Source of the DNA: Ophelia neglecta
Taxonomy: Eukaryota
DNA length: 64,000 nucleotides
Reading direction: 5' to 3'
Assembly: GCA_965285935.1 (NCBI GenBank)
Contig: OZ260665.1
Coordinates: forward strand, 17,422,001 to 17,486,000
Shown here: piece after piece, positions 14,801 through 27,697 of the stretch
Layout of the letters: every line of letters begins with the position of its first letter
How positions within the stretch are numbered: position 1 is the stretch's first letter
Position numbers and translations under genes: made by a program
Notes under the pieces: model-generated
Seen by the model: the letters and a program-made list of their open reading frames with translations, nothing else
What the model was told of the DNA's origin: nothing
Database searches by the model: none

Positions 14801-15206
14801 TTTACATATTTGGGTGGTTTAATTTATCTAACATCTCAGGTATGAACGAGGTGATCATTATACCGTATACATAACTCTTCCAAACATACGCTATTGAAAT
14901 TTAACATTGTGATAAACCAGCGCAACTTATTGCACAGTGTCTTTGATGAGTTTTCTTTTCCCCATTTTATAATAAAACTATTGTAGTAAAAACCGTTTGT
15001 ACGCTTACAGCTGACTGCACCCGTACTATTCGTGGGCATTGATTGCTTTTTTTGGTCCGTGTGTGGCGAATACTGAGAATGCATTTCTTGTCGCCTAGCT
15101 TTTCTTCCGGGTACCTTTGTGTTAATAACAGCAGTCATAGGCCTGTAAATGCTAGGTTATCATATATGGTTTTAACTTTCAACAGTGAAGGAACGCAACA
15201 CTTGAC

Positions 15207-17359
15207 ATGATTGTTTATTTCTTATTTTCTCTGTGGGTGATCTGCGGTGGGCAGGAAACATCCAACGAGAGTTTCTACCCGGTCATTCAACTGAAACCAG
15301 AAATAGAAGACAAAGACATGTGTACCTTTTTGATTCGAAATTCTTTCCTTAAACAGTGTATCAAAGACACTGGTCTTGACGATGATAGGAAGCTTATTGC
15401 TGAATTGAAATGGGACATTGCTGCTCTGAAGGTCCAAAATGTTGCCATCATGTCTGCTTTAAAAGAACTGCAAAACAATGGTGAGTAACATTTGATGACT
15501 TGACCCCCAAAAAGGTGATGCATACTGTCGCATTTTAAATTTGCGAAATGATGTAGGAATTAAGTATACGAACTTTAACCACAAAACTGGAATGCCCTCT
15601 CATGTTTCTTAAGCCCTAACTAAAGTAGTAGACACTGACAGATAGCGATATGCAAGGAATCCAGTAGCGACACAATTCGAACTTGAGTCTAATTGTCAAG
15701 GTCAAATAGGCAAAGATGAATTCTTCCCAGTCGCGTTACGATTAAATGTGGAAAGATAGGTGTATAAAATGTATTTGCCATTAGTAGGAATTCATATCCA
15801 GTGAGTCTTAATTTTTATCTTCATTTTGAACTTGACCTCATTTTATGAGTGGACCGATGTAACAGAAATCCCCATTGCCATCTCATGGCTTATCGAAGCC
15901 AGCTATACGCACCAAATGTATTGACCAACAAAAGGAAGGCATGTAAGAAAAGACCAGGGTGATTTTGAAGGTGGACTCCTTATGTATTAATATGTAACAA
16001 GTCAAATTGCCATAACTGGAATCCTCTCGGTCTCCCACAGGCTTAGCAACGCACGATAAGTGTGTTCACAATGAAATTATTTAATCTAATGTAGAGGTTA
16101 TTTGAGGAAATTGAAGTCTTATTTGTGTTCGTATGTATTGTTTTACGGTGCAAAAGTATACCGAAACTTTTTTTTCTGAGTTATAGTGGCAAAATGTAAC
16201 GGTATGCATGTGAAGTGAAGCTAATCACTAGTGACTTGTATATACGTAGTGTATTTGTGTCCTGCAATCAAATCGTATCTCATTTTAAGCTAAACATCTG
16301 CATAAAAGCATTCGCCCCTTCAGTTGAAAGGTTTGCATAACAAAAAAGGGCTCGCCTGTTCAACGTGCACTGCACACTTATTCACAATAAACTACCTAGA
16401 TATGACATACATGTGTCCCCGTGCCTAACCAACCATGTTCTCTACGTTTATTTACAGTAAATGTTATAGTACAATAAATGCTAGTGCAAAAACAATGTTG
16501 TACGCCTGGCAAGTGCTGTAGTTTTTATGTTAGAGATGCTATTGCTAGCCCCCTAGCCATTTAATGTACCATTTGGCGAACAGCCGGTAACAACGAACAC
16601 AGTAGTATATGTAGAAAAGAGTACCTTCACGATAATAACATTTACAAATGAAATATCATTAATAACTTCCCATAATATTATTACACACGGCAGTATCGGT
16701 ATTGTAGACGGGGACTTCTACAGGGAGTTAATGAATGAACATTTTATTGTCTAGTTAATACCATTTTAGAAGAATATATTTTAATTTATTAAGGGGAAAA
16801 TACGACTCTTTGATATGCATACAAGTGAACTTTCTTAACAATAATAATTTCTAAACGCCTTTTTAGGTAATGATTTATTTCACAATCACATAGATTTTAA
16901 GCGTACTTTCTTCGTTTAGGGGTACAAGGTCCAACAGGGCCACCGGGCCCTCCAGGGCCCATTGGACCGGGAGGCGGTCCCGTGGGGCCCATTGGTCCCC
17001 CTGGCCGAACAGGAGCAACAGGGGCCTATGGTAGTTCAGGTTCGGCGGGATCCCCAGGACCGAGAGGCGACCTTGGTTACCCAGGAGCCACAGGCCGTCC
17101 AGGCAGAACCGGAGACTCAGGAGCAACAGGCCCGTGGGGTGGAATGGGGTCCACAGGTCGCACAGGCAGAAGTGGTCGAACGGGAGCCACAGGTGACCGA
17201 GGCTGGATGGGTAGTACGGGAGCCACCGGATCCAGAGGCGGGAATGGTCGAACGGGAGCCACCGGATCCAGAGGCGCGTCTGGTCGAACGGGAGCCACCG
17301 GATCCTCAGGCAGAGATGGTCGAACGGGATCCACCGGATCCACAGGCAGGATAGGTTAA
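15207..17359 (+). CDS. Secreted short collagen-like protein, copy B; exons 15207-15480 and 16920-17359, 237 aa
   Basis: Signal peptide MIVYFLFSLWVICGG, C-x11-C (CTFLIRNSFLKQC) and heptad coiled coil (LIAELKWDIAALKVQNVAIMSALKEL). A phase-1 GTGAGT...TTTAG intron joins in frame to Gly-X-Y repeats rich in GRT/GAT/GST. Confidence 0.85.
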
Positions 17360-19555
17360 ACGAGATCCACCGGACAAAGGGGCTTCCAAGCGATTAAAGG
17401 TGAACGCGGCTCAGAGAGGGTCCTTTTCTTAAAAACCATCAGTGTCGTTCTCACATCTTAATGAATATACGTAAATACCGGAGAGGTTCTCGGACAAAAG
17501 TTTCATGATGGTAGTTCAAATGCTATTCATGTCACCCAGTGAAGTTAAGTACTCGAGGCAATTTTAAAACTAATCTAGATCAAAATTGAAACATATTAAA
17601 AGGAAACCAATTTATCATGCATTCAAATTGTTTTAGTATGAATAAATATTAAGGATACAAATACAATATAAAATAACAAAGATTCTGTTTTTTCAGAAAG
17701 TTAAATCTATAGATAAATTTAGATCTGGATATGTTACTATTAGCAAATAAAATGCTTTTGCCTACATTGGAATTTATGTTTTTATATCGACATTAACAGC
17801 TAATTAACGGTTTTATATCTATATATATTTAATTTTAAATGACTCTATTCGCTTTATATACATGTAGACTCTTCAGATAGTTTGTTATAAATATTCCGAT
17901 TAGAAATAAAGGGCATTTATCACGGTCCGTGTTTAAACGGAGACGGAGAAATGTACTCGCTTGGCTCCGGTTGTGTAACTACTTACAAGACACAAATCAC
18001 TTGTTACGGCGTTACGGCAGCCTAGGCCAATTAGTGACGAAGTTGGTCCGGCATGTGGCGCCCCCAGTTTATCGCCAGCCGCAATGTGTCAGTACTAAGT
18101 GTATCTAAGCAAACAAGTCACGTGACAGTCATGGAAGGAAGCTGCCAGCAGCGTTATTTTGTTTGTTCCCCTTTGACCGGGCATCTGTCGAATAATAATG
18201 TAAGTTCTGATAATAATAATAACAGTCCTTTCTTGTAAATTTATCATGGTGTATGTTCGTGCAGTTTATTTACGCTGTCTTTTCGTAATTTCAGCAAACC
18301 TACTGATATTTCTGATGAAGGCTAACCGTCGTTCGTGTCGAGAAGAAAATAAAATGTCGTCAATAGTGTGTATATACTGGTACCAGACTTGTCATTTATC
18401 CGTGTCGCAAGAGTTTGGACGTCACACCATTGTTATATTGCTAGTAACGTTAGTACACAAAAAAATAAACACATACCCAGCTACCATTTTCCGCTGGTCT
18501 TGTGTGATAAGACAGTGCAAAGATTGGTTATCTAGAGACTTATTACATAAACGCTTACATATCCAGGAAGTGACGTAGCACTGCGGCTAACAGTGGTGAT
18601 GCTATAATAATGTAGATTTAAGTTCATAGACAACAGACATGTTTTTTCGTCTCAATGGCGTCAACCGCAGACCTTGGCAAATTGTCTGGTGGCGTATTAT
18701 CCTCCACGACAGGGATATATGGACCTGGCTGTTGGTTGCCAGTAGGTTCGGAAGAGGTATTTTTCTATGAATAAACTTCTAATAAATTCAAATAATTGTT
18801 ATCTGCCTCAGCTGTGTCATAACTGACGTCTTGGCTGAATTTACTTTGTGTAATCATCCGATGAAAATAGATCAAAATTTGCGTTGTCCATATTTAAATG
18901 CACGCTGCTAGAACATGTCTGCCTACTGTGTCACGTGGTCAGTTGACGTGTGGCCCAGGTGAGTGATTGGACGAATGAATAGCTACTTTGGGTTGATTAT
19001 CAATGGGGCGGGGCTTACCCATGATGTTCACCGTTTGCACACAAGGAGTTTGGATATTTACAGCTGTTAAGTCAGTTAAAATTTGATTGAACCAGATAAG
19101 TCTTCTTCCTCGAACACTAAATAGTGTATTACGTGTACTTGATTGGCTTGAAGTATAATGAAACAGTTCTTTAATAGAATTCATAATGTTTTGACACTGA
19201 GGGCGGTGCCAAGGCCATGATGTAGGCCTAGTAACAGCCTAGCAACAGATACTCGTTACTGAGCCCGTGGAGGGGAGGGGGGCTGTCAGGCTTGCTAAGT
19301 CTCGCTACTACGTAGGTCCCCTGATAGCAACCCCCCCCCCCCCCACCCTTCCTCCTCCTCCTCCTCGTCAACCGGCGGACTGACAAGTACCTATCACTAC
19401 AAGATGTGAAGTGGGGAATGAGGAGTGGAGAAAAAGTGACACATGTCCCGATTAACAAGTTTACAAACTAGTATTTTGAAAGTTTTTTTTTTACTTTTAT
19501 TACTTTATTCTATGCATGAGATGATAGGGCTATAAGAGGCTGTCTTTTACAAGTA

Positions 19556-19732
19556 CAGTGAAACCTGCCTTACAGACCACCTCTCTAATCAGACCACCTG
19601 TCAAACCAGACCACTGATGTAAGGATCTTTTTGTATACTTTCAATGTTGAATAACCTGTCTAAACAGACCACCTTAGAAATAAGACCCGTATTTCCAGTC
19701 CCTTTGGTGGCCTTAATTCACAGGTTTCACTG
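19556..19732. mobile_element. pogo-like MITE copy
   Basis: Same TIRs and TA flanks; the matching copy in unit C is at 50497-50673. Confidence 0.85.
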
Positions 19733-19953
19733 TACGGGGAAAAGATTTTGGCCATTGCTGCAGCCCCCAGTATACACTTCGTATGTATGATAGACTACAT
19801 TTAACACATATAGCCTCCTCCAACCATAGACTCCCATAGAATTAAGGCGAGACAAACAAAACTTGTAGTGCATACAATGTAAAGAATGAATTGATTTTAA
19901 ACAGCCATGTGGTGGGTATTTGATATTTAGATTTGACACAAAGGACTAAAGTA

Positions 19954-20134
19954 CAGTGAAACCTGCCTTAAAGACCACCTCTGTATTAAGACCACCTGTC
20001 AATTCAGACCACTAATATGAAGGCCATAGTATACATTTTCAATATAAATAACCTCAGTCTGTAAATAGACCACCTGTATAATCAGACCTGCATTTCCCAG
20101 TCCCTTGGATGGTCTTAATTCACAGGTTTCACTG
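19954..20134. mobile_element. pogo-like MITE copy, inserted after the B/C duplication
   Basis: TIRs plus TA TSD; the empty site ggactaaagTAttggtacag is present in unit C at ~50911-50930. Confidence 0.9.
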
Positions 20135-20271
20135 TAGTGGTACAGAATCCATTACACAAGAATTCCTTTGGACAAACGATCCGTGCATGTGAGAGATGGA
20201 CGAAAGGAATGACAAACGTAAGTCGGACGTCACAAGCTAGCGAAGCGACAAAAAAACAGGACATTTTGCAT

Positions 20272-20513
20272 GGCATACTGGAAAACCTGATACGAAATAC
20301 GAAGGAAATACGAGATACACAGATACGAAAAAAAGATAGAGTTGGGTTATGACGGGGTTAGGGGCAGGGTTAAGCTAGCAACCTAACTAAATCATAACTT
20401 ACTTAACCCTTCACCCTAACCCTAACCTAGTCCATATGGCTACGTTTTAAACACCTCTCATCTCGTATCTGCGTCTCGTATCTGGTATTTCGTATCAGGT
20501 TTTCCAGTATGCC
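20272..20513. mobile_element. Mutator-like (MULE) MITE, 242 bp
   Basis: ~29-bp TIR GGCATACTGGAAAACCTGATACGAAATAC; 9-bp TSD ATTTTGCAT (20263-20271, 20514-20522); empty site at ~51043 in unit C. Confidence 0.9.
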
Positions 20514-20660
20514 ATTTTGCATCGATGTTTATATCCACCGCGTGGCCAGCGGCCATCACTCATATTATGAGTAATGACCACCGCCAATACTAGGAATGAA
20601 AAGCAGATAGCTCACAGGACAGCCAGAGAGCCCAACTACTGTTAGCCTATAAATAATATC

Positions 20661-20706
<46 letters not shown>

Positions 20707-20708
<2 letters not shown>

Positions 20709-23166
20709 AGTATGTTTTAAGACTTAGGCAGACCCGAAGTATATAATAACCAGCATTAGGCAGACCTCAAATTTAGGCAGACAAAATCGGGTCTGCCTAA
20801 GTTTTCAGTTGCCATGGAGGCCTTGCTCTTTTGATTTTAATTCTTTTAGCAGTACTCCATGATAGGGTGGAAGGTACTCCCTTCGCTAAAAATCTAAGAC
20901 ACACCCAGTTTAAGGTATTAAAGCTATATCCCACTCTTAAAATCAAGGTCAATATATTTGGAACTATATATATTTTCATCCTTAGGTGGACATCTTTCAG
21001 CAGTGAATAAAAATGTAAAAATGGATGTATATTTATTTTTCAATAATTGGACATTTTACGCAAACCATCTATCTACAATTTCACAATATATTTAGATGAA
21101 AATGAACGTAAATGAAAAAAATGATATTTTGGTCGACCGTTTGGCCGTTGCTGCGATTTGGCCTGAGCCCAACCGGAAGTAGTTACCAAGACGCAGGGAC
21201 AGGGGACATTGAGGTTTTTCTCTAAAACAGCCCCATCTAGTTATGTTGTAAAGTAAAATAATTAATAAAGTAAAGAATTAAAATTCTTCTAGCAAAGTTA
21301 TATGAGCTTGCGATATATTGTTGGTCAGAGGAAGATGAATGTCTGCATAATGACGGATGTGTGTATGTCATGTCTACCTAATGATCGATATATATATATA
21401 TATAGTGTGATTATATATGGGGGTGCCTTATGTTGGTTATTTATTTTTTTTATATATACAAGGTCTGCCTAAGGAGTGCAGCATATATACAGAAAATTAG
21501 GCAGACCTCCAGATTTGTATATCCTAATTTAAACAATAAAATTTGAAAATTCTAAAATTCCCAATAGATCTATAGCAGTAACATTCTTAATTATCTTTTA
21601 AAATAGAAGTAAAGAATTAAAATTCTTCTGGCAAAGGTATATGAGCTTGCGATATATTGTTTGCCAGAAAAGGATGAATGTCTGCATAATGATGGATGTG
21701 TGTATGTCATGTATACCTAATAATGGATATATATATAGTGTGATTATATATGGGGGTGCCTTATGATGGTTATTTATTTTTATATATACAAGGTCTGCCT
21801 AAGGAGTGCAGCATATATAGAGAAAATTAGGCAGACCTCCAGATTTGTATATCCTAATTTAAACAATAAAATTTGAAAATTCTAAAATTCCCAATAGATC
21901 TATAGCAGTAACATTCTTAATTATCTTGTAAAATAGAAGTAAAGAATTAAAATTCTTCTAGCAAAGGTATATGAGCTTGCGATATATTGTTGGCCAGAAA
22001 AGGATGAATGTCTGCATAATGATGGATGTGTGTATGTCATGTCTACCTAATGATGGATATATATATATAGTGTGATTATATATGGGGGTGCCTTATGATG
22101 GTTATTTATTTTTATATATACAAGGTCTGCCTAAGGAGTGCAGCATATATACAGAAAATTAGGCAGACCTCCAGATTTGTATATCCTAATTTAAACAATA
22201 AAATTTGAAAATTCTAAAATTCCCAATAGATCTATAGCAGTAACTTTCTTAATTATCTTGTAAAATAGAAGTAAAGAATTAAAATTCTTCTGACAAAGGT
22301 ACATGTATATGAGCTTGCGATATATTGTTGGCCAGAAAAGGATGAATGTCTGCATAATGATGGATGTGTGTATGTCATGTCTACCTAATGATGGATATAT
22401 ATATATAGTGTGATTATATATGGGGGTGCCTTATGATGGTTATTTATTTTTATATATACAAGGTCTGCCTAAGGAGTGCAGCATATATACAGAAAATTAG
22501 GCAGACCTCCAGATTTGTATATCCTAATTTAAACAATAAAATTTGAAAATTCTAAAATTCCCAATAGATCTATAGCAGTAACTTTCTTAATTATCTTGTA
22601 AAATAGAAGTAAAGAATTAAAATTCTTCTGGCAAAGGTATATGAGCTTGCGATATATTGTTGGCCAGAAAAGGATGAATGTCTGCATAATGATGGATGTG
22701 TGTATGTCATGCCTACCTAATGATGGATATATATAGTGTGATTATATATGGCAGTGCCTTATGATGGTTATTTATATATACATGGTCTGCCTAAGGAGTG
22801 CAGCATATATACAGATAATTAGGCAGACCTCCAGATTTGTATATCCTAATTTAAACAATAAAATTTGAAAATCTCTACATTCCCAATATAGCAGTAATAT
22901 TCTTAATTATCTTTTAAAATAAAATAATTATTTGTCTATATATATATACAAGGTCTGCCTAAGGAGTGCAGCATATATTCAGAAAATTAGGCAGACCTCA
23001 AGATGGGTATATCCTAATTTAAACAATATAATTTGAAAATTCTAACATTCCCAATATAGCAGTAACATTCTTAATTATCTTGTAAAACAAAATAATTGAA
23101 AAAGTAAAAAAATGAAATGTCTGCCTAATACTGGTTTTGGGGGCAAGTCTGCCTAAGGATGAAAAC

Positions 23167-23168
<2 letters not shown>
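20707..23168. mobile_element. Non-autonomous TIR element with internal ~330-bp satellite array (copy 1, 5 units plus a partial)
   Basis: Ends tgttttaagacttaggcagac / gtctgcctaaggatgaaaaca form imperfect 21-bp inverted repeats; units start at ~21268, 21607, 21937, 22269 and 22607; flanked by (TA)n. Confidence 0.7.
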
Positions 23169-23205
<37 letters not shown>

Positions 23206-23211
23206 TATATA

Positions 23212-25248
23212 CAAGTATGTTTTAAGACTTAGGCAGACCCGAAGTATATAATAACCAGCATTAGGCAGACCTCAAATTTAGGCAGACAAAATCGGGTCTG
23301 CCTAAGTTTTCAGTTGCCATGGAGGCCTTGCTCTTTTGATTTTAATTCTTTTAGCAGTACTCCATGATAGGGTGGAAGGTACTCCCTTCGCTAAAAATCT
23401 AAAACACACCCAGTTTAAGGTATTAAAGCTATATCCCACTCTTAAAATGAAGGTCAATATATTTGGAACTATATATATTTTCATCCTTAGGTGGACATCT
23501 TTCAGCAGTGAATAAAAATGTAAAAATGGATGTATATTTATTTTTCAAAAATTGGACATTTTACGCAAACCATCTATCTACAATTTCACAATATATTTAG
23601 ATGAAAATGATCGTAAATGAAAAAAATGATATTTTGGTCGACCGTTTGGCCATTGCTGCGATTTGGCCTGAGCCCAACCGGAAGTAGTTACCAGGACGCA
23701 GGGACAGGGGACATTGAGGTTTTTCTCTAAAACAGCCCCATCTAGTTATGTTGTAAAATAAAATAATTAATAAAGTAAAGAATTAAAATTCTTCTGGCAA
23801 AGTTATATGAGCTTGCGATATATTGTTGGTCAGAGGAGGATGAATGTCTGCCTAATGACGGATGTGTGTATGTCATGTCTACCTAATGATGGATATATAT
23901 ATATATAGTGTGATTATATATGGGGGTGCCTTATGATGGTTATTTATTTTTATATATACAAGGTCTGCCTAAGGAGTGCAGCATATATACAGAAAATTAG
24001 GCAGACCTCCAGATTTGTATATCCTAATTTAAACAATAAAATTTGAAAATTCTAAAATTCCCAATAGATCTATAGCAGTAACATTCTTAATTATCTTGTA
24101 AAATAGAAGTAAAGAATTAAAATTCTTCTGCCAAAGGTATATGAGCTTGCGATATATTGTTTGCCAGAAAAGGATGAATGTCTGCATAATGATGGATGTG
24201 TGTATGTCATGTCTACCTAATGATGGATATATATATAGTGTGATTATATATGGGGGTGCCTTATGATGGTTATTTATTTTTTATATATACAAGGTCTGCC
24301 TAAGGAGTGCAGCATATATACAGAAAATTAGGCAGACATCCAGATTTGTATATCCTAATTTAAACAATAAAATTTGAAAATTCTAAAATTCCCAATAGAT
24401 CTATAGCAGTAACTGGATGAATGTCTGCATAATGATGGATGTGTGTATGTCATGTCTACCTAATGATGGATATATATATATAGTGTGATTATATATGGGG
24501 GTGCCTTATGATGATTATTTATTTTTATATATACAAGGTCTGCCTAAGGAGTGCAGCATATATACAGAAAATTAGGCAGACCTCCAGATTTGTATATCCT
24601 AATTTAAACAATAAAATTTGAAAATTCTAAAATTCCCAATAGATCTATAGCAGTAACTTTCTTAATTATCTTGTAAAATAGAAGTAAAGAATTAAAATTC
24701 TTCTGGCAAAGGTGTGTGAGCTTGCGATATATTGTTGGCCAGAAAAGGATGCATGTCTGCATAATGATGGATGTGTGTATGTCATGTCTACCTAATGATG
24801 GATATATATAGTGTGATTATATATGGCAGTGCCTTATGATGATTATTTATATATACATGGTCTGCCTAAGGAGTGCAGCATATATACAGAAAATTAGGCA
24901 GACCTCCAGATTTGTATATCCTAATTTAAACAATAAAATTTGAAAATCTCTACATTTCCAATATAGCAGTAATAATCTTAATTATCTTTTAAAATAAAAT
25001 AATTATTTGTCTATGTATATATACAAGGTCTGCCTAAGGAGTGCAGCATATATTCAGAAAATTAGGCAGACCTCAAGATGGGTATATCCTAATTTAAACA
25101 ATATAATTTGAAAATTCTAACATTCCCAATATAGCAGTAACATTCTTAATTATCTTGTAAAATAAAATAATTGAAAAAGTAAAAAAATGAAATGTCTGCC
25201 TAATACTGGTTTTGGGGGCAAGTCTGCCTAAGGATGAAAACTTAGGCA
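23212..25248. mobile_element. Non-autonomous TIR element with internal satellite (copy 2, ~4 units, one internally deleted)
   Basis: Near-identical to 20707-23168 and separated from it by (TA)n. Confidence 0.7.
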
Positions 25249-25335
25249 TATATATATATATATATATATATATGTTTTTCATAGTGACTATAGGGCAAAT
25301 AGATTGTAAGGACATACCTACAAACACTATAATAA

Positions 25336-25600
25336 TTATAATAATTCATTGACCATGGCTGCCAGCCATTTACATATTTGCGGGTCTTGTGATTGTAATA
25401 GATAAATAAATTGAGGTTTTTCACTGACATGACTAAATTCTGGCCAGCAATGAGAGAATTCATCAATATAATATTGGTGGGTATCAGCTAACATATCAGA
25501 GTGAAGTAAAAAGTGAATTTCATCCCCATTACCAGAGTTACATATAGTAGGCCTACACATGCGATTTTCTATAGAGATTTCTGATTGGTAGAACAAATTG
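25336..25600 (-). mobile_element. Degenerate 3' end of a LINE ORF2 (Cys/His knuckle region)
   Basis: NRMCRPTICNSGNGDEIHFLLH resembles the R-x-C..C..DExHFLLxC terminal motif of non-LTR ORF2; duplicate at ~51265-51530. Confidence 0.55.
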
Positions 25601-26340
25601 TTCTACAAAGATTGTCCTGAGTGTGTGATCGCCTTATCGCAGCTGTGTTTTGACACACACTGTTAAATGTCGTCTGAGGTTACTTCGACAGAATAAATCC
25701 GGCGACGATTCGTCCTCTATAGATCTACTGGCTTTTATAATATTTTTATTTGTGCCGTTATTATCAACAGGTGTATGAATGTCGCCACTTCACCCACCTC
25801 CCACGCCCTCTCTTCACCTTAATGCCCCAAAAATACAGCAACGCTCAACGCGGCCGAACGGGGATGAGGGGGGGGGGGGGGGGTTGGAGGGGAGGGAAAT
25901 TGGAATTTCCATAATGCGTGGTTTATACGCAAATATTCTGTATGAAGCGTGCAATTGAGATTCTCTCATCATAAATCGTGAAGCAATGGGTGGCCTCGAG
26001 TTGTGAAATGGAAGAATAAATTCCCTAGAACTGTAAAGAAACAAATTAATTTCGTGTAAACCGGGAAAGGACGGTTTTATTTACGTAAATTTTTAAAGTT
26101 AGTGCCCTTTTGCCAGACTTGTAACTGATGAGCAGTCATTCTTTGATATGATACGGTGGCATACCTCTTTAAGTGGCTTGCATATAATATCCGGACCTGA
26201 AGCATATCACATTAGTCATTCTGCTCTAGATAATACATAAAAATAATTTCATAATGTCAATATTGTTTTGATACCATAATATCAAAATAGGCGCAAATAT
26301 GCACTCTTGATTCCATATATCATATTTTATCGTAAGGTAT

Positions 26341-27399
26341 TGTTGCGTGACTGGTGGGTCAGCAAAAGTTCAAACAGGTATTTTAAATTCAACCAGTTTT
26401 ATTTTAACAGCAATAACTATGGTCATAGTTGGGGGTTTCTTATGGCTGGCAGAGGCAAGGCAAGGTGCAATACTTAAATTTTCAAGTCTAGAAAATTTCA
26501 AGTCCCGAACTTCAAAGTTAATAAAAATTTCTAATCTCTTACTAAAAGTCCAATGTAGCTGTGATTTCTTAATAAGCTCGAATTTATATGGATGTCTATA
26601 AGCTCCTGGTGGACAGTTCAATCACAGTTCTTGGCAAAATTCGAATTTTCGAATTTGGTTGAAAGTCAACCTTGAATTTTCGAATGAGGTATAAACTCGA
26701 ATTTTCGAATGCAGGTATAAACTCGAATTTTCGGGAGCAATGCTTACAGCCAGGACTTGAATTTTCGAGTTCTGACAGCTGAGTAACACATTTCTGTCAA
26801 GTTACCAAAAAGAACCAACAGAGCGAAAGAATGAACGTAATAAACGTCAACAGTTCAATTTGAATGTAAGAAACTGAAATATTCAGTATACTCAGCCTAG
26901 GCTGTATATTTGAAGCCAATTTGGCTTTTAAAATGGCATGTTTACGAAGTGAAGCGTAGGAGACAAACTTGAAAATTCGAGTAACGCGCCCCCTTTTATA
27001 GTTTTCTGGCCAGCAGACGGTGCTGAAATCCTAGGAACGCCACTATGATGTAGGTCGCAGGTCACATAAATTACGTCACACAAGGCCCACGAGATTTGGC
27101 ACAATACACCAGTATCGCGGTAAAATGTACCTATTCATGTCGTATCTACTAAATTACGAGTGATAAATAAGTTCTTTGTCACCGGGAACCATTGCTTGCT
27201 TAATGCCAAGAAATACACTAAAAGTTACGGCACCATCATGCAATGTTTAGTCAAGTGGGTCAAAATGGCGGTGGCACATCCGGTCTTCTGTCAACGATAC
27301 AATTTGGAGCTACAAAGTTTGTTACAGCAATAAAAGTCTCAAGTGTTTTCGCTCAGGTAACAACAGTTTATTAAAGGTCATAAAACACGGTACACCACA
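26341..27399 (-). repeat. Gypsy 3' LTR
   Basis: Direct repeat of 44013-45071; preceded on the minus strand by the polypurine tract AAGAAGGGGAGAG (27400-27412). Confidence 0.97.
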
Positions 27400-27697
27400 C
27401 TCTCCCCTTCTTAAAAACTCCCCCATCTGACTTGCTAGCACCCGTTAACTGAACACAATGGTACACAGGTAAAATTTCCTAATCCAGACTAGATACTTTA
27501 TAATATAAACAGCTGATAATCGGATAATAACAATAATATGAATATAGAATTCCTTAATCCAGGCTACGAACAATGTGACACATCCTAATCCAGACTAGAA
27601 TAACAAGGTAATAATAACAGTCTTAATCCAAGCTATTAAAATCAATAGAAGTAATGTCACAGATGGCTCCCATCTGAGGCGTCCAGGAACTTTAGGC

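Larger units (their letters stand above)
11894..26090 (+). repeat. Segmental duplication unit B (expanded by insertions)
   Basis: Collinear with unit C through the 3' flank (25270-26090 vs 51200-51995). Confidence 0.75.

Noticed and set aside
20797-23484. Duplicated 60-aa ORF (20797-20979, 23302-23484) as a transposase remnant
   Set aside because: No transposase motif; identity simply reflects the element duplication
21268-25150. Regular repeats with an internal palindrome, superficially CRISPR-like
   Set aside because: Whole ~330-bp units are repeated with no unique spacers, there are no cas genes, and the context is eukaryotic
26347-26621. ORFs with a hydrophobic stretch inside the Gypsy LTR (also 44019-44243), and ORFs in the BEL LTRs
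   Set aside because: Duplicated only because LTRs are duplicated; non-ATG start or differing stops between copies
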